Part shown: positions 30,180 to 39,178 of the stretch, piece by piece
Layout: the number at the start of each line of letters is the position of its first letter
Numbering within the stretch: position 1 is the first letter of the stretch
Source: an uncultured virus (IMG/VR IMGVR_UViG_2920970810_000002)
Taxonomy: Duplodnaviria; Heunggongvirae; Uroviricota; Caudoviricetes
DNA length: 64,000 nucleotides
Reading direction: 5' to 3' (one strand)
IMG/VR virus record: IMGVR_UViG_2920970810_000002
Notes under the pieces: generated by a model
The model's database searches: none
Seen by the model: only the letters and a program-made list of their open reading frames with translations
Told to the model about the DNA's origin: nothing
Program-made: the position numbers and the translations under genes

Positions 30180-32693
30180 TCAGACCCCCCGCCGCCCCTC
30201 GCCGAGCATGCGCGCGAGGCGGGCGCCGGCCTGCGCGGCTGAGCGGCGCACCTCCTCGCGATTGCTCACCGGCCCGTTGAAGTTGATCACCACATCGCCC
30301 GCTGCGGCCCGCTCGGAGAGCTGCCCGGCGAGCTTGGCGGCCTGGCGGCGGGTGAGCACCACCTCGCCGCGCTCGAGGATCGCGGGCACCTCGTGCGGGC
30401 CGAGCCCGGCCACCCCGCCGCCATGGAGCCGCGGCGCGGCAGCGAAGGCAAGCGCGGGCACCCGCCGCATCGGCGCGGGCGCGCCCACCACCCCGCCGGC
30501 ATGGAAGATCGAACCGAACAGCGAGCCGAAGAGGTTGCCAAGATCCAGCCCTTGCGAGAACATGCGCGCGAGCGGCTCGGTCACCGCCTGGCGGAACACC
30601 AGCCGGGCGAGATCGGCAAGGATCGAGTCGATCAGCCCGCGAAAGTCGAGCTTGCCGGTGGTCACGAAGCGGGCGAAGGCATCCTCGGCCGAGCGCAGGG
30701 CGCCGGTCAGCGCCTGGCCCAGCCCCTTGCCCCAGTTGGCCGCCTCCTCGGCATAGCGCGCCAGTTCCTCGCGTACCGCCGCCCAGCCGCGCGCGGCCTG
30801 CTCGGCCGCCTGCGTGATCACCTCTCCGGCCTCGCGCGAAGCACGCCCCGCGCGCTCGGCCGAACCCTCGGCGCCGCCGCCGGGCTCTCGGCCAGCCGAT
30901 CCGCCGTTGCCGCCCCCGGCCGCAGCCGCATTGCCGCCGCCACCGATCGCCTCGAGGCGCTCGTCGAGCATGGCGGCGGCCTCGCCAGCCTCGCCGATCC
31001 TGCGGTCGGCCTGCTGCATCGCCTCGCCCAGCGCCTCGAGCGCGGCGAGCGGCGCGAGCGCCTGCGCGCGCAGGGCATCGGCGCGGGCAAAGGCCGCATC
31101 GCTTTGCTCTCGCGCCTCGCCCGCCATGCGCCCCATTCCTTCGGGCATGGCGAAGGGATCGTCGGCGAAGGCCTCGGCAAAGGCGCGCCTTGCGGCACTG
31201 CCGGCCCGCGCCGCGGCCCCGGCGAAGCGGTTGTCGATCCGCGGCAGGTCGATCTCGGGCACCAGCGCGATGCGCCGCTCGGAACCCAACAGGTCGAGCC
31301 CGGCATTGGCCGCCGCGAGCAGGCGGTTGATGCCGCGCACGGCGGCGTTCAGCATCCGCTCGAGCGCCCCGATCAGGGCATTGGCGGCGCGCACCGCCAG
31401 ATCGCCGAGCGCCTGCGGCAGGCGCTGCCAGATCGCAATCGCGGCAGTCAGCGCGGCCTCGAACAGGTTGACCGTGCGGTTGGCGAAGGCCACCACGCCG
31501 CGCACCGCGCCATCGAGCGCCTCGAGCACCGCGGCGCGGATCGCGTGCCAGACCGCGGCGATCCGCTCTCCGGCCACCTCAGCGAGGAGGCCCATGCGCT
31601 CCCACACCTCGCGCGCGAGATCGCCGAGCAGCGCCAGGGCCTCGCCGAAGCTGCCCGCGCCCTGCACGAGCCGGGAGAACTGGTAGACCAGCTCGCCCGC
31701 CGCCACGATCACGAGGCCGATGCCCGTGCGCGCCAGCGCGCCGCGCAGCACCACCAGCCCGGTGGCAAGGCTGCCGGTCGCGAGCGCGGCCGCCGCCAGG
31801 CTCGCCACCCAGCGCCCGGCCATGAAGGCGGCCAGGACAAGCCCGGTCGCCACCAGCCGGCCGATATTGTCGATCAGCAGCCCGATCGCCTGGCCCACCA
31901 CGCCGCTGCGCCGCGCCAGCGCGGCCAGCCCATCGGCGATGGCGATGAGCACCGGGGCGGCGGCCACGGTCAGCTGGTTGACCAGCCCCTGCCAGACCAG
32001 CTGCAGCCTTGCGATGGCATCGCCCGCCTCCTCGATCGCCGCGGCATCGCTCTGGGAGACCGCCACGCCGAAGTCGGCGACGTCGCGGGTCGCCTGCTGG
32101 AGCGTGGCCGTATCGATCCGCATGAATGCCAGCGCGGCGCGGTTGCCGAACAGGTCGCTCGCCACCGCCGCCCGCTCGGCCGGCGGCACGAAGCGCTCGA
32201 GCGCCTCGCGGATGGCGATGATGCGCCGATCGACCGGCAGGGCCTGGAGCGCGGCGGCCGAAAGGCGCAGGCGCTGCAGGGCGCCCACCGCTGCGCCGCT
32301 GCCGGCCGCCGCCTCGCTCAGGCGCCGGGTGAGCTGGAAGGTGGCCTGCTCGATCTCGCCCATCGACACGCCGGCCAGCTCGCCCGCCCATTGCAGCGTC
32401 TGCACACTGGCCACCGTGGTGCCGATCGATTGGGCAAGCTTGGCTTGGCTGTCGATGAGCTCGAGGCCGGAGCGCACCATGGTCACCACACCGGCGGCAA
32501 AGGCCGCGGCCATGGCGGCGGCCGCGATCCGGATGCGCGCCTGCAGCGCGGCCGTGCGCTCGCCCGCCGCATCCATCCCCCGCGCAAGGCGCTGCGTGCT
32601 GCGCTCGCCGGCCTCGCCGATCCCGGCCAGCTCCGCGCGCACCTCGCGCCCGCCCACCACCGCAAGCCGAACCGAGACGCGTTTGTCAGCCAT
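30180..32693 (-). CDS. Tail tape measure protein
   Basis: MADKRVSVRL, long Ala-rich helix, FVTTGKLDF, FHAGG. Confidence 0.9.
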   Translation of the reverse strand: MADKRVSVRLAVVGGREVRAELAGIGEAGERSTQRLARGMDAAGERTAALQARIRIAAAAMAAAFAAGVVTMVRSGLELIDSQAKLAQSIGTTVASVQTLQWAGELAGVSMGEIEQATFQLTRRLSEAAAGSGAAVGALQRLRLSAAALQALPVDRRIIAIREALERFVPPAERAAVASDLFGNRAALAFMRIDTATLQQATRDVADFGVAVSQSDAAAIEEAGDAIARLQLVWQGLVNQLTVAAAPVLIAIADGLAALARRSGVVGQAIGLLIDNIGRLVATGLVLAAFMAGRWVASLAAAALATGSLATGLVVLRGALARTGIGLVIVAAGELVYQFSRLVQGAGSFGEALALLGDLAREVWERMGLLAEVAGERIAAVWHAIRAAVLEALDGAVRGVVAFANRTVNLFEAALTAAIAIWQRLPQALGDLAVRAANALIGALERMLNAAVRGINRLLAAANAGLDLLGSERRIALVPEIDLPRIDNRFAGAAARAGSAARRAFAEAFADDPFAMPEGMGRMAGEAREQSDAAFARADALRAQALAPLAALEALGEAMQQADRRIGEAGEAAAMLDERLEAIGGGGNAAAAGGGNGGSAGREPGGGAEGSAERAGRASREAGEVITQAAEQAARGWAAVREELARYAEEAANWGKGLGQALTGALRSAEDAFARFVTTGKLDFRGLIDSILADLARLVFRQAVTEPLARMFSQGLDLGNLFGSLFGSIFHAGGVVGAPAPMRRVPALAFAAAPRLHGGGVAGLGPHEVPAILERGEVVLTRRQAAKLAGQLSERAAAGDVVINFNGPVSNREEVRRSAAQAGARLARMLGEGRRGV

Positions 32694-32765
32694 GGGTCGG
32701 GATATCCTTGCCTTGTCAGAATGCTTTTCTTACGTTCCTTTGATCGATCAATCAGGAGCAAGCCG

Positions 32766-32978
32766 ATGGCCGAGACCGCAACCCTTTCCTCGAAGTTCCA
32801 GATCAGCATCCCCAAGGCGATCCGCTCGGCCCAGCACTGGCGGGCGGGGCTGAAGTTTGCCTTCATTCCCAAGGGCTCGGGCATCCTGCTCATGCCGGTG
32901 CCGAGCAAGGCGGACCTCGAAGGCATGGCCAAGGGCGCCAGAACCGAGGATTTCCGCGACCGGGCGGACAGGACCTGA
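32766..32978 (+). CDS. AbrB/MazE-type antitoxin
   Basis: ATLSSKFQISIPKAIR; AGGAG RBS; TGATG coupling to the toxin. Confidence 0.9.
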   Translation: MAETATLSSKFQISIPKAIRSAQHWRAGLKFAFIPKGSGILLMPVPSKADLEGMAKGARTEDFRDRADRT

Positions 32979-33358
32979 TGATCCTGGTCGATACTTCGGC
33001 CTGGATCGAATGGCTGGTCGGCTCGGCAACGGGAAAGCGCCTTGCCCCGCTGCTGCCGGAGCCGGATCGCTGGCTGGTTCCCACCATGGTCCAGCTCGAG
33101 CTTGCCAAATGGCTCACCCGCGAGGTTGACGAGGACGCGGCCGATCGCACCATCGCCTTCACCCAGACCTGCCAGGTCGTGACGCTCGACACCCACATCG
33201 CGCTGCTGGCAGCCGAGCTTTGCCGCGAGCATCGTCTGGCCACCGCCGATGCCGTCATGCTGGCAAGCGCGCGCATCCATGGCGCGCGCCTGCTGACCTG
33301 CGATGCCCATTTCGAGGGTCTCGATGACGTGCAATTCTTCGCCAAACGCCCCCAATAG
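32978..33358 (+). CDS. vapC: PIN-domain toxin
   Basis: LVDTSAWIE, ADAVMLA, LLTCDAHF. Confidence 0.92.
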   Translation: MILVDTSAWIEWLVGSATGKRLAPLLPEPDRWLVPTMVQLELAKWLTREVDEDAADRTIAFTQTCQVVTLDTHIALLAAELCREHRLATADAVMLASARIHGARLLTCDAHFEGLDDVQFFAKRPQ

Positions 33359-33366
33359 GTGTCTGC

Positions 33367-33693
33367 TCAGCCCCTCTCCGCGGCCATCTGCGCATTGATC
33401 CCGCGCACCATCATCGCCTCGATCGCGGGCAGGAACTCGGCCGCCGCGCGGGCATCGATGCCGAGCGCCTCGGCCATGGCGAGCGCGGCGGCGAGGTCGA
33501 GGCCAAGGACCGCGCCCGGCACGGCGCGCAGCTGGCCGACGAGGCGCTGCGCCAGATCCCAGACCAGAGCGCCCTCGAGCGTGTGCGGTCGGTTCAGGAC
33601 GGCAGGGCACTGGGCGCAGGTGGTGCTGCAGGCGCGGCAATAGCGCTCGCCTCCGCCGAAGTGCCACTCGGCGAGCCGTGCGAGGCGTTTTTT
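33367..33693 (-). CDS. Tail assembly chaperone frameshift extension (gpGT-like)
   Basis: -1 frame opens at A AAA AAC: KRLARLAEWHFGGGERYC..C...C..CP; lies before the tape measure gene. Confidence 0.7.
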   Translation of the reverse strand, partial: KKRLARLAEWHFGGGERYCRACSTTCAQCPAVLNRPHTLEGALVWDLAQRLVGQLRAVPGAVLGLDLAAALAMAEALGIDARAAAEFLPAIEAMMVRGINAQMAAERG

Positions 33694-34040
33694 TCCTCCT
33701 CCAGCAGCAGGCCCTTCGCAACATAGCCGAGCTGGAAGGCCTCGAAGAAGGGCAGGAGGTCGAGCAGGGCATCGAGGCCATCGCCGCTCACGGCCAGGGG
33801 ATTGCCATCGGCATCGCCCACCCCTTCCCAGTCGCGCACCGCGAGCCGCGCCAGCGCCTTGGCCATGGCCACCGCAAGCGCCTCGTTCGAAGCGCCCTCG
33901 CCAAGGCCGGCGACCAGCGGATCGCTGCGCGCGGCGGCCATCAGCGCGGTGGTGAGCGGCGCGACCAGCAGGCGCACCCCATGGCCGAGATCGAGCCAGA
34001 ACGGCGCGCGGGCAAGATCGAGACGGATCATCGGGAACAC
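33594..34040 (-). CDS. Tail assembly chaperone (gpG-like)
   Basis: MIRLDL...WEGVGDADG...EEKN; between tail tube and tape measure. Confidence 0.8.
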   Translation of the reverse strand: MFPMIRLDLARAPFWLDLGHGVRLLVAPLTTALMAAARSDPLVAGLGEGASNEALAVAMAKALARLAVRDWEGVGDADGNPLAVSGDGLDALLDLLPFFEAFQLGYVAKGLLLEEEKNASHGSPSGTSAEASAIAAPAAPPAPSALPS

Positions 34041-34046
34041 TCCTCC

Positions 34047-35318
34047 TTACGCATAGCTGGCGACATCGTTGAGCAGGCGGGCGCGCAGCATGGTGCCCTC
34101 GGCCTCGTCGAAGGCGGCGCGCCACTCGTAGCGGGCCTCGACCCCGCCGGGGCCGCTGATCGCGTATTTGCTGCGCGGCAGGAACACCCGCGGCAGCTCG
34201 AAGCGCAGGGCATAGCCCTCGGGCATGGTGAGGCCATATTCGAGCGCGACCGGATCGCCATCGCTCGCCTCGCCCATGAGCGTCGCCCCATCGAAGCGCA
34301 GCGCCAGCGTGCCGCTGGCGGTGGCCAGCGTCGGATCGGCGGCATCGATCTTGCCGTCATCGCGGATCGTGCGGATACGCTCGAGACTGTTGGAGAAGGT
34401 GAGACTGCCGCCGGTGACCCCGGCGAGCGGCTGCCCACCGCGGCGCACGAAGCCGCGCGCCTGGGCGAAGCGCCGCGGCGCCCAGCTGGCGGGCGCGGCA
34501 TCGACGGTGGTGGCGGAGCGCTCCTCGCCCTGCGCCACCAGCTGCAGGCGGGCATTGGCCGGGCCGTCCTGGCCGAGCTCGAACTCGATGCTTTCGGCCA
34601 TGGTGCCGAGATGGCGGAAGAACACCGGGGTGGTGAGCTTGGGATGGCCGATCTCGATCGTGTGGCTCGGGATCTCGTCGGCCCCGCTCTGCCAGAGGTG
34701 CTCATGCCCGCCACCGGTGAGCCGCGGACCCGAGGGCGAAGCATGCGAGGCGGCGATGGTGAAGGCATTGCCAGAAGGCCCGGCCGTATCGAAGACGATC
34801 TCGAGCCGCTGGGTGCTGGCCGGACGGCTGTAGGTGCACTTGCTGATCTCGGGATTGGCCGAGGCGTTGAGATTGGTGACCAGCTGGTCGATGGTCTGGG
34901 TCACGGTCGCCTGGATCTGGGTCTGCAGCGCCCCCGGCGTGCCGGTGACGAAGGTCCACACCACCCCGTTGAGCGTGATCGTCTGCCCCGCGGCAGGGTT
35001 GGCGGCGAAGGTGATCGATCCGCGCGCGGCCACATTGCTGGTGACGGGCAGGCCGAACAGCGCGGTCAGCCAGAAGCCGGTGCCGCGCAGGTCGATCGGC
35101 ACATCGATCTGCCCCTCGTCGGTGACGAGGCCGCGCCAGGGATCCTGCGCATTGCGCCCGCGCCCGAGCAGCGGATCCTCGCCGAGCGGCTGCATCGCGG
35201 ACAGGTCGGTCGAGCGGAAGTCGAGGCTGCGCCAGCCGCTCGATGGCATCACGCCATAGCTGGTCTCGCGGGCGATCTTCAGCGTCGCGTCCGCGCCATA
35301 GGCACGCAGTTTGGGCAT
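34047..35318 (-). CDS. Tail tube (major tail) protein with inserted domain
   Basis: RAYGADA, LLGRGR, GFWLTALFG, ISGPGGVEA. Confidence 0.85.
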   Translation of the reverse strand: MPKLRAYGADATLKIARETSYGVMPSSGWRSLDFRSTDLSAMQPLGEDPLLGRGRNAQDPWRGLVTDEGQIDVPIDLRGTGFWLTALFGLPVTSNVAARGSITFAANPAAGQTITLNGVVWTFVTGTPGALQTQIQATVTQTIDQLVTNLNASANPEISKCTYSRPASTQRLEIVFDTAGPSGNAFTIAASHASPSGPRLTGGGHEHLWQSGADEIPSHTIEIGHPKLTTPVFFRHLGTMAESIEFELGQDGPANARLQLVAQGEERSATTVDAAPASWAPRRFAQARGFVRRGGQPLAGVTGGSLTFSNSLERIRTIRDDGKIDAADPTLATASGTLALRFDGATLMGEASDGDPVALEYGLTMPEGYALRFELPRVFLPRSKYAISGPGGVEARYEWRAAFDEAEGTMLRARLLNDVASYA

Positions 35319-35410
35319 GGGTCATCTCCGGCAGGACTGGGGGACGGGAATGCCGCGCGGGCCATGCGCGCGCGGGACAGGATTATTGTTCCAAATCATG
35401 TGCTTGGTGA

Positions 35411-35435
35411 GTTGATAAGCAGCGCGGACAGAGCG
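35411..35435 (+). promoter_or_regulatory. GTTGATAA-N12-GAGCG promoter-like motif, copy 2
   Basis: Matches 10887-10911. Confidence 0.5.
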
Positions 35436-35488
35436 AACAGGATGACACGCCGCGAGTTGCGGACGTGCATCGCAAGGGAGACCAAGCC

Positions 35489-35752
35489 ATGAGCCAGACC
35501 ACCACCGCCCGCCATGAGGCCCGCGCCGACGGGGGGTGCGCCGACGGGGCCCGCCGCAATCAGCAACAGGCCCTTTCCGCCTTCATCGCCGTCAAGGCCG
35601 AGATCGACACGCTGCTGGGCCAGCTGCGGGCGCTGAGCGACGAGCACTTCCATGCCGCGCCCGAGAGCGTGAACTGGGCCCATGTCGGCAGCATCGCCCA
35701 CGCCCGCAACCAGCTGCGCGAGGTCGCCCGCTTCCTCGGGATCGAAGGCTGA
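35489..35752 (+). CDS. Small phage hypothetical protein
   Basis: AFIAVKAEIDTLL...SDEHF...VNWAHVG; RBS present. Confidence 0.75.
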   Translation: MSQTTTARHEARADGGCADGARRNQQQALSAFIAVKAEIDTLLGQLRALSDEHFHAAPESVNWAHVGSIAHARNQLREVARFLGIEG

Positions 35753-35771
35753 GAGGCAGGGAGACCAAGCC

Positions 35772-35987
35772 ATGCCCCGCTATGTGGTCACAATCGAAAG
35801 CCGTCGCCGCAGCCGCGAGCTTGCGGCTTTCAGCGACCATATCGACGCGCGACGTGCGCTGCATGAGGCGCTCGAAGCAGCGTCCGCCTCGTCGCGCCGC
35901 ACCATCCACGGTCGGGTGACCGACAGCCAGACCGGGGACGTCATCACCCATGGCCGGGCATGGAATGGCTGGGTCGGGTTCATCTGA
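35772..35987 (+). CDS. Hypothetical protein
   Basis: Same 17-nt leader as the previous gene. Confidence 0.6.
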   Translation: MPRYVVTIESRRRSRELAAFSDHIDARRALHEALEAASASSRRTIHGRVTDSQTGDVITHGRAWNGWVGFI

Positions 35988-36010
35988 CAGGACAGGGAAG
36001 GAACAGCATC

Positions 36011-36718
36011 ATGAAACTCTCCGACACGCAGCTCGTGGTGCTCGCCGCAGCCGCGCAGCGCGAGGATGGCAATCTCCTGCCGCTCCCCGCCAGCCTTTCC
36101 GGCGGCCTGCGCGCGCGCAACGCCGCGCGGGTGGTGGAAGCGCTCAAGCGTCGCGGGCTGATCGCCGAGACCGTCACCAAGAGCTGGGCCAAGGCGGATC
36201 CTGCGTGCAACGCCTTCTGGCGCAACGACGAGGACGGCCGCGCCACCCTGCTCCACATCACCCACGCAGGCCTTGCCGCGATCGGGATCGCGCCGGAACC
36301 GGAACCGGATGGCCCGCAGGAGACCAGCGCCGCGCCCGATGCCGCAGCGCCAACGGCGACTGGCTGTCCGCACTGCGATGGTGCGGGCCGCCACCGGCAT
36401 CAGGCCGGCACCGAGCTGGAGCACACCACCCGCTGCCATGTGTGCGATCCCGAACCGGAGACCGCAACGGTCAACGCCCCGCCTGCCGCTGCGCCGCCGC
36501 GCCGCGTTCGCCAAGGCACCAAGCAGGCCGCGCTCATCGCCATGCTCGAGGCGCCCGAAGGCGCCAGCGTGGCCGAGATCAGCGCCGCGCTGGGCTGGCA
36601 GCCCCACACCGTGCGCGCCGCGCTCTCCCATGCGCTCCCCCGCCGCCTCGGCCTTGCCGTCTCCTCGCAGAAGGAGGAGGGCCGGGGCCGGGTCTATCGT
36701 CTGGCAGCGGCAGGCTGA
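36011..36718 (+). CDS. DUF3489-type winged-helix protein
   Basis: MKLSDTQLVVLAAAAQRED; GTKQAALIAML...GWQPHTVR...GRVYRL. Confidence 0.85.
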   Translation: MKLSDTQLVVLAAAAQREDGNLLPLPASLSGGLRARNAARVVEALKRRGLIAETVTKSWAKADPACNAFWRNDEDGRATLLHITHAGLAAIGIAPEPEPDGPQETSAAPDAAAPTATGCPHCDGAGRHRHQAGTELEHTTRCHVCDPEPETATVNAPPAAAPPRRVRQGTKQAALIAMLEAPEGASVAEISAALGWQPHTVRAALSHALPRRLGLAVSSQKEEGRGRVYRLAAAG

Positions 36719-36721
36719 GCC

Positions 36722-36916
36722 ATGGCCAAGGCCAAGCTGCACGACCGTCTGCTCGCCGCTCTCCTCGCCGCGGGCGAGCGCCGTGTGCCCGAAGCGGCCA
36801 CGCAGCGCACCACCGTGCCCACCTGCAGCCATCCCAAGGCGCCGCAGGGCTGGCACTACCACGTCGGCCACGCCGGGGCCCTGCGCGTCGGTCCCACCGC
36901 CAGCGCCAGCCGCTAG
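36722..36916 (+). CDS. Hypothetical protein
   Basis: Starts 3 bp after the DUF3489 gene. Confidence 0.45.
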   Translation: MAKAKLHDRLLAALLAAGERRVPEAATQRTTVPTCSHPKAPQGWHYHVGHAGALRVGPTASASR

Positions 36917-37001
36917 GGCGAGCGAGACGCTCAGGGAGACGCTGCTCGGGATCGTGCGGCTGAAGCAGGTGGACTCCGACGGGCTGACTCGACAAGCCTG
37001 A

Positions 37002-37027
37002 CTTGACATGTCAAGCAAGGCTTGACA
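37002..37027. promoter_or_regulatory. higBA operator/promoter
   Basis: Overlapping palindromes CTTGACATGTCAAG and TGTCAAGC-aag-GCTTGACA; contains TTGACA. Confidence 0.65.
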
Positions 37028-37036
37028 GGGTGGGTC

Positions 37037-37321
37037 ATGGAGATCGAAAGCATCGTCCACAAGGGCCTTCGCCGTTTTTTCGAGACGGGCGATCCCAAGG
37101 GCCTTGTCGGCGATGTCGCGCGGATCCGGCGGATGCTCGCCTTCATCGATGCTGCGGCAAGCTTCGAAGAACTGGCGCTTCCGCCCAATTTCGGGTTGCA
37201 TCCGCTCAGCGGCGACAAGGCCGGACGCTGGGCCATGAGCGTGACCCGCAACTGGCGGCTGACCTTTGTGAAGCGCGATGCCTACACCATCGCCGAAGTC
37301 GATCTGGAGGATTACCACTGA
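37037..37321 (+). CDS. higB: HigB (RelE-family) toxin
   Basis: HKGLRRFFETG, LHPLSGD, SVTRNWRLTF, DLEDYH. Confidence 0.93.
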   Translation: MEIESIVHKGLRRFFETGDPKGLVGDVARIRRMLAFIDAAASFEELALPPNFGLHPLSGDKAGRWAMSVTRNWRLTFVKRDAYTIAEVDLEDYH

Positions 37322-37623
37322 TGGCGCTTTCCATGCATCCCTCCTTGGCGGTTCATCCCGGCGAATGGCTGCGGCACGAGGTGCTCACGCCTTACGGGGT
37401 GAGCATCAATCGGCTGGCGCGCAGCTTCCATGTCTCGCGCCAGGCGCTGAGCAGCCTGCTCAACGGGCGGGCCGCGCTGTCGGCCGAGATGGCGATCCGC
37501 TTCGAGAAGGCCTTCGGTATCCGGGCCGAGACGCTCATGCGCATGCAGACGGCTCACGACATGGCGCGTGCCCGCGCACGGGCCGACGAGATCGTGGTCG
37601 AGGACCTGCGCCCCGCGGCCTGA
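37321..37623 (+). CDS. higA: HigA antitoxin
   Basis: HPGEWL, LSAEMAIRFEKAFG, MRMQ. Confidence 0.93.
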   Translation: MALSMHPSLAVHPGEWLRHEVLTPYGVSINRLARSFHVSRQALSSLLNGRAALSAEMAIRFEKAFGIRAETLMRMQTAHDMARARARADEIVVEDLRPAA

Positions 37624-37772
37624 TCGCTCATGGACGTTGCCGGGACATTGCCTTATGACGCCGCCGCACCTCCGGTGGTTTCGACCGCTGGGCGCGGGGC
37701 CTCTTCGGGAGGCCCCTGCTTTTCGGGCCTCATGACGCGCCCATTCTGCCCAATTGCCTGACCGTCTGCCGC

Positions 37773-38204
37773 TCAGCCGCCGAGCGGATCGCTGACCAGA
37801 TATTCGGCGGTCAGCACGATCCTCGCGCTGAGCAGCGGTGCGGCGCCCTCGATGGCCAGCACGCCGATCTCCGGGGCGGAGGGGACGAGCGTCTCGGCCA
37901 GCCCGCCGAGCGTCTCGTCTGCCGTGAGCGCGGCGCCGATCGCGCCAAGCAGGGCATCGAGCCCCGCCTCGCCGCCGCCACCGGCAGGCTGGGACATATA
38001 GGCCTCGAGCTCGATGCGGTGGCGGTACCATTCGCGCCGCGGGTTCAGCGTCACCTCGGGCTCGCCGGGCTCGCCGTCGCGCAGGATGACGAGCCCCTCT
38101 GCCGGCACCTTCTCCGGTAGTGCGGCATTGCGCCGCACCGGCGCTGACAGCCGAGCGCCGAGCTGCGCGGCGAGCGCGGCAAGGATGGCCTCCCGCTTCG
38201 ACAT
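37773..38204 (-). CDS. Tail terminator-like protein
   Basis: REAILAAL, ILRDGEPGEP, DETLGGL; position before the tail tube gene. Confidence 0.7.
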   Translation of the reverse strand: MSKREAILAALAAQLGARLSAPVRRNAALPEKVPAEGLVILRDGEPGEPEVTLNPRREWYRHRIELEAYMSQPAGGGGEAGLDALLGAIGAALTADETLGGLAETLVPSAPEIGVLAIEGAAPLLSARIVLTAEYLVSDPLGG

Positions 38205-38223
38205 GGCATCTTCCCGATCGTCG

Positions 38224-38865
38224 TCAGTTCCAGCGCCGCACGATGCGGTCCTCGAGCCGGGCGATCCAGCGCTCGGCCGCGCCGCCCACATCGAGCCGTT
38301 TGCTGAGGCGCACCTGCGGCACCAGCACGAACAGCACCACGCTCACCAGTCCGTGACCGGTGCGCATCGCCGTAGTACTCGCGCGGGCATAGCCGCCGCG
38401 CCGGCCGCTGCGCGCGCGCAGGTTCTCGCCGACCAGCAGCGCCGGCCGGCCCGCTCGTCCCGGCACGAAGCGCAGGGGCTGGCCCATGCGCTGCTCCCAC
38501 AGCCGCGGGGTCAGCCGCCGCCCGCCGGCACGCATCGCCCTGGCCGCCTCGGTCGGAATGGCAAGGAAGGTGGCATGCCGCGCGCGGATCAGCGCGCCCT
38601 CGGCATGGCCGCGGATGATCAGCGGCGCCTTCGACCACACCAGCCCCGCCGCCCCGAGGCTCGCCTCGCCCTTGGGCCAGACCTGTCCGCGCCAGGTGCG
38701 CGCCAGCCGCGTTCCCAGCCCCGCGCCTGTCACCTGCGCGCGCAGCTCGTCCTTGAGCCCGCCGGTCGCCTCGGCGACGGCGCCGCTCACCGCCTGCTCA
38801 GCCGCGGCCACCTCCTCGGCCATGATCTGCCTGAGATCGCCGATGGTGGTAAGCTCAAGCCTCAT
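38224..38865 (-). CDS. Neck/tail completion protein (DUF6441-like)
   Basis: LRAQVTGAGLG.RLA.TW, LAIPT, FVLVPQV. Confidence 0.75.
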   Translation of the reverse strand: MRLELTTIGDLRQIMAEEVAAAEQAVSGAVAEATGGLKDELRAQVTGAGLGTRLARTWRGQVWPKGEASLGAAGLVWSKAPLIIRGHAEGALIRARHATFLAIPTEAARAMRAGGRRLTPRLWEQRMGQPLRFVPGRAGRPALLVGENLRARSGRRGGYARASTTAMRTGHGLVSVVLFVLVPQVRLSKRLDVGGAAERWIARLEDRIVRRWN

Positions 38866-39176
38866 GGCCCGCGCAGCTCCGCCGTCCAGACGAGGCGCTC
38901 GGCATCGCCGAGCGGTTCGCCCTGCACGATCCACGTCTCGCCTGCGACTTCGATCGTGTCTCCGGCAGAAAGCAGCGGCACCTCGGCCATGCGCAGATCG
39001 GCAAGCGCGGTCGGCGCGTGCAGGCGGGTCTCGCCCCAGCCAACCACCCGGTCGGGACGGCGCAGCACCACCCGCACCGGCACAGGCGCACCGCTGCCGC
39101 CCGCCCGCCAGAGGCCATCGCGCGCAAGGTTGGGATCGGCGAAGAGATCGTCGATGGCCTCCGCGAAGGGGCTCAT
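38862..39176 (-). CDS. Head-tail joining protein
   Basis: LFADPNLA, GD.I, RLVW; follows the capsid gene. Confidence 0.78.
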   Translation of the reverse strand: MSPFAEAIDDLFADPNLARDGLWRAGGSGAPVPVRVVLRRPDRVVGWGETRLHAPTALADLRMAEVPLLSAGDTIEVAGETWIVQGEPLGDAERLVWTAELRGP

Positions 39177-39178
39177 GC

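Noticed and set aside
21546..35492. Very long + strand ORFs (21546-24023, 25853-29071, 30393-32978, 33678-35492)
   Set aside because: Antisense shadows of GC-rich tail genes; only the last 70 codons of 30393-32978 are a real antitoxin gene
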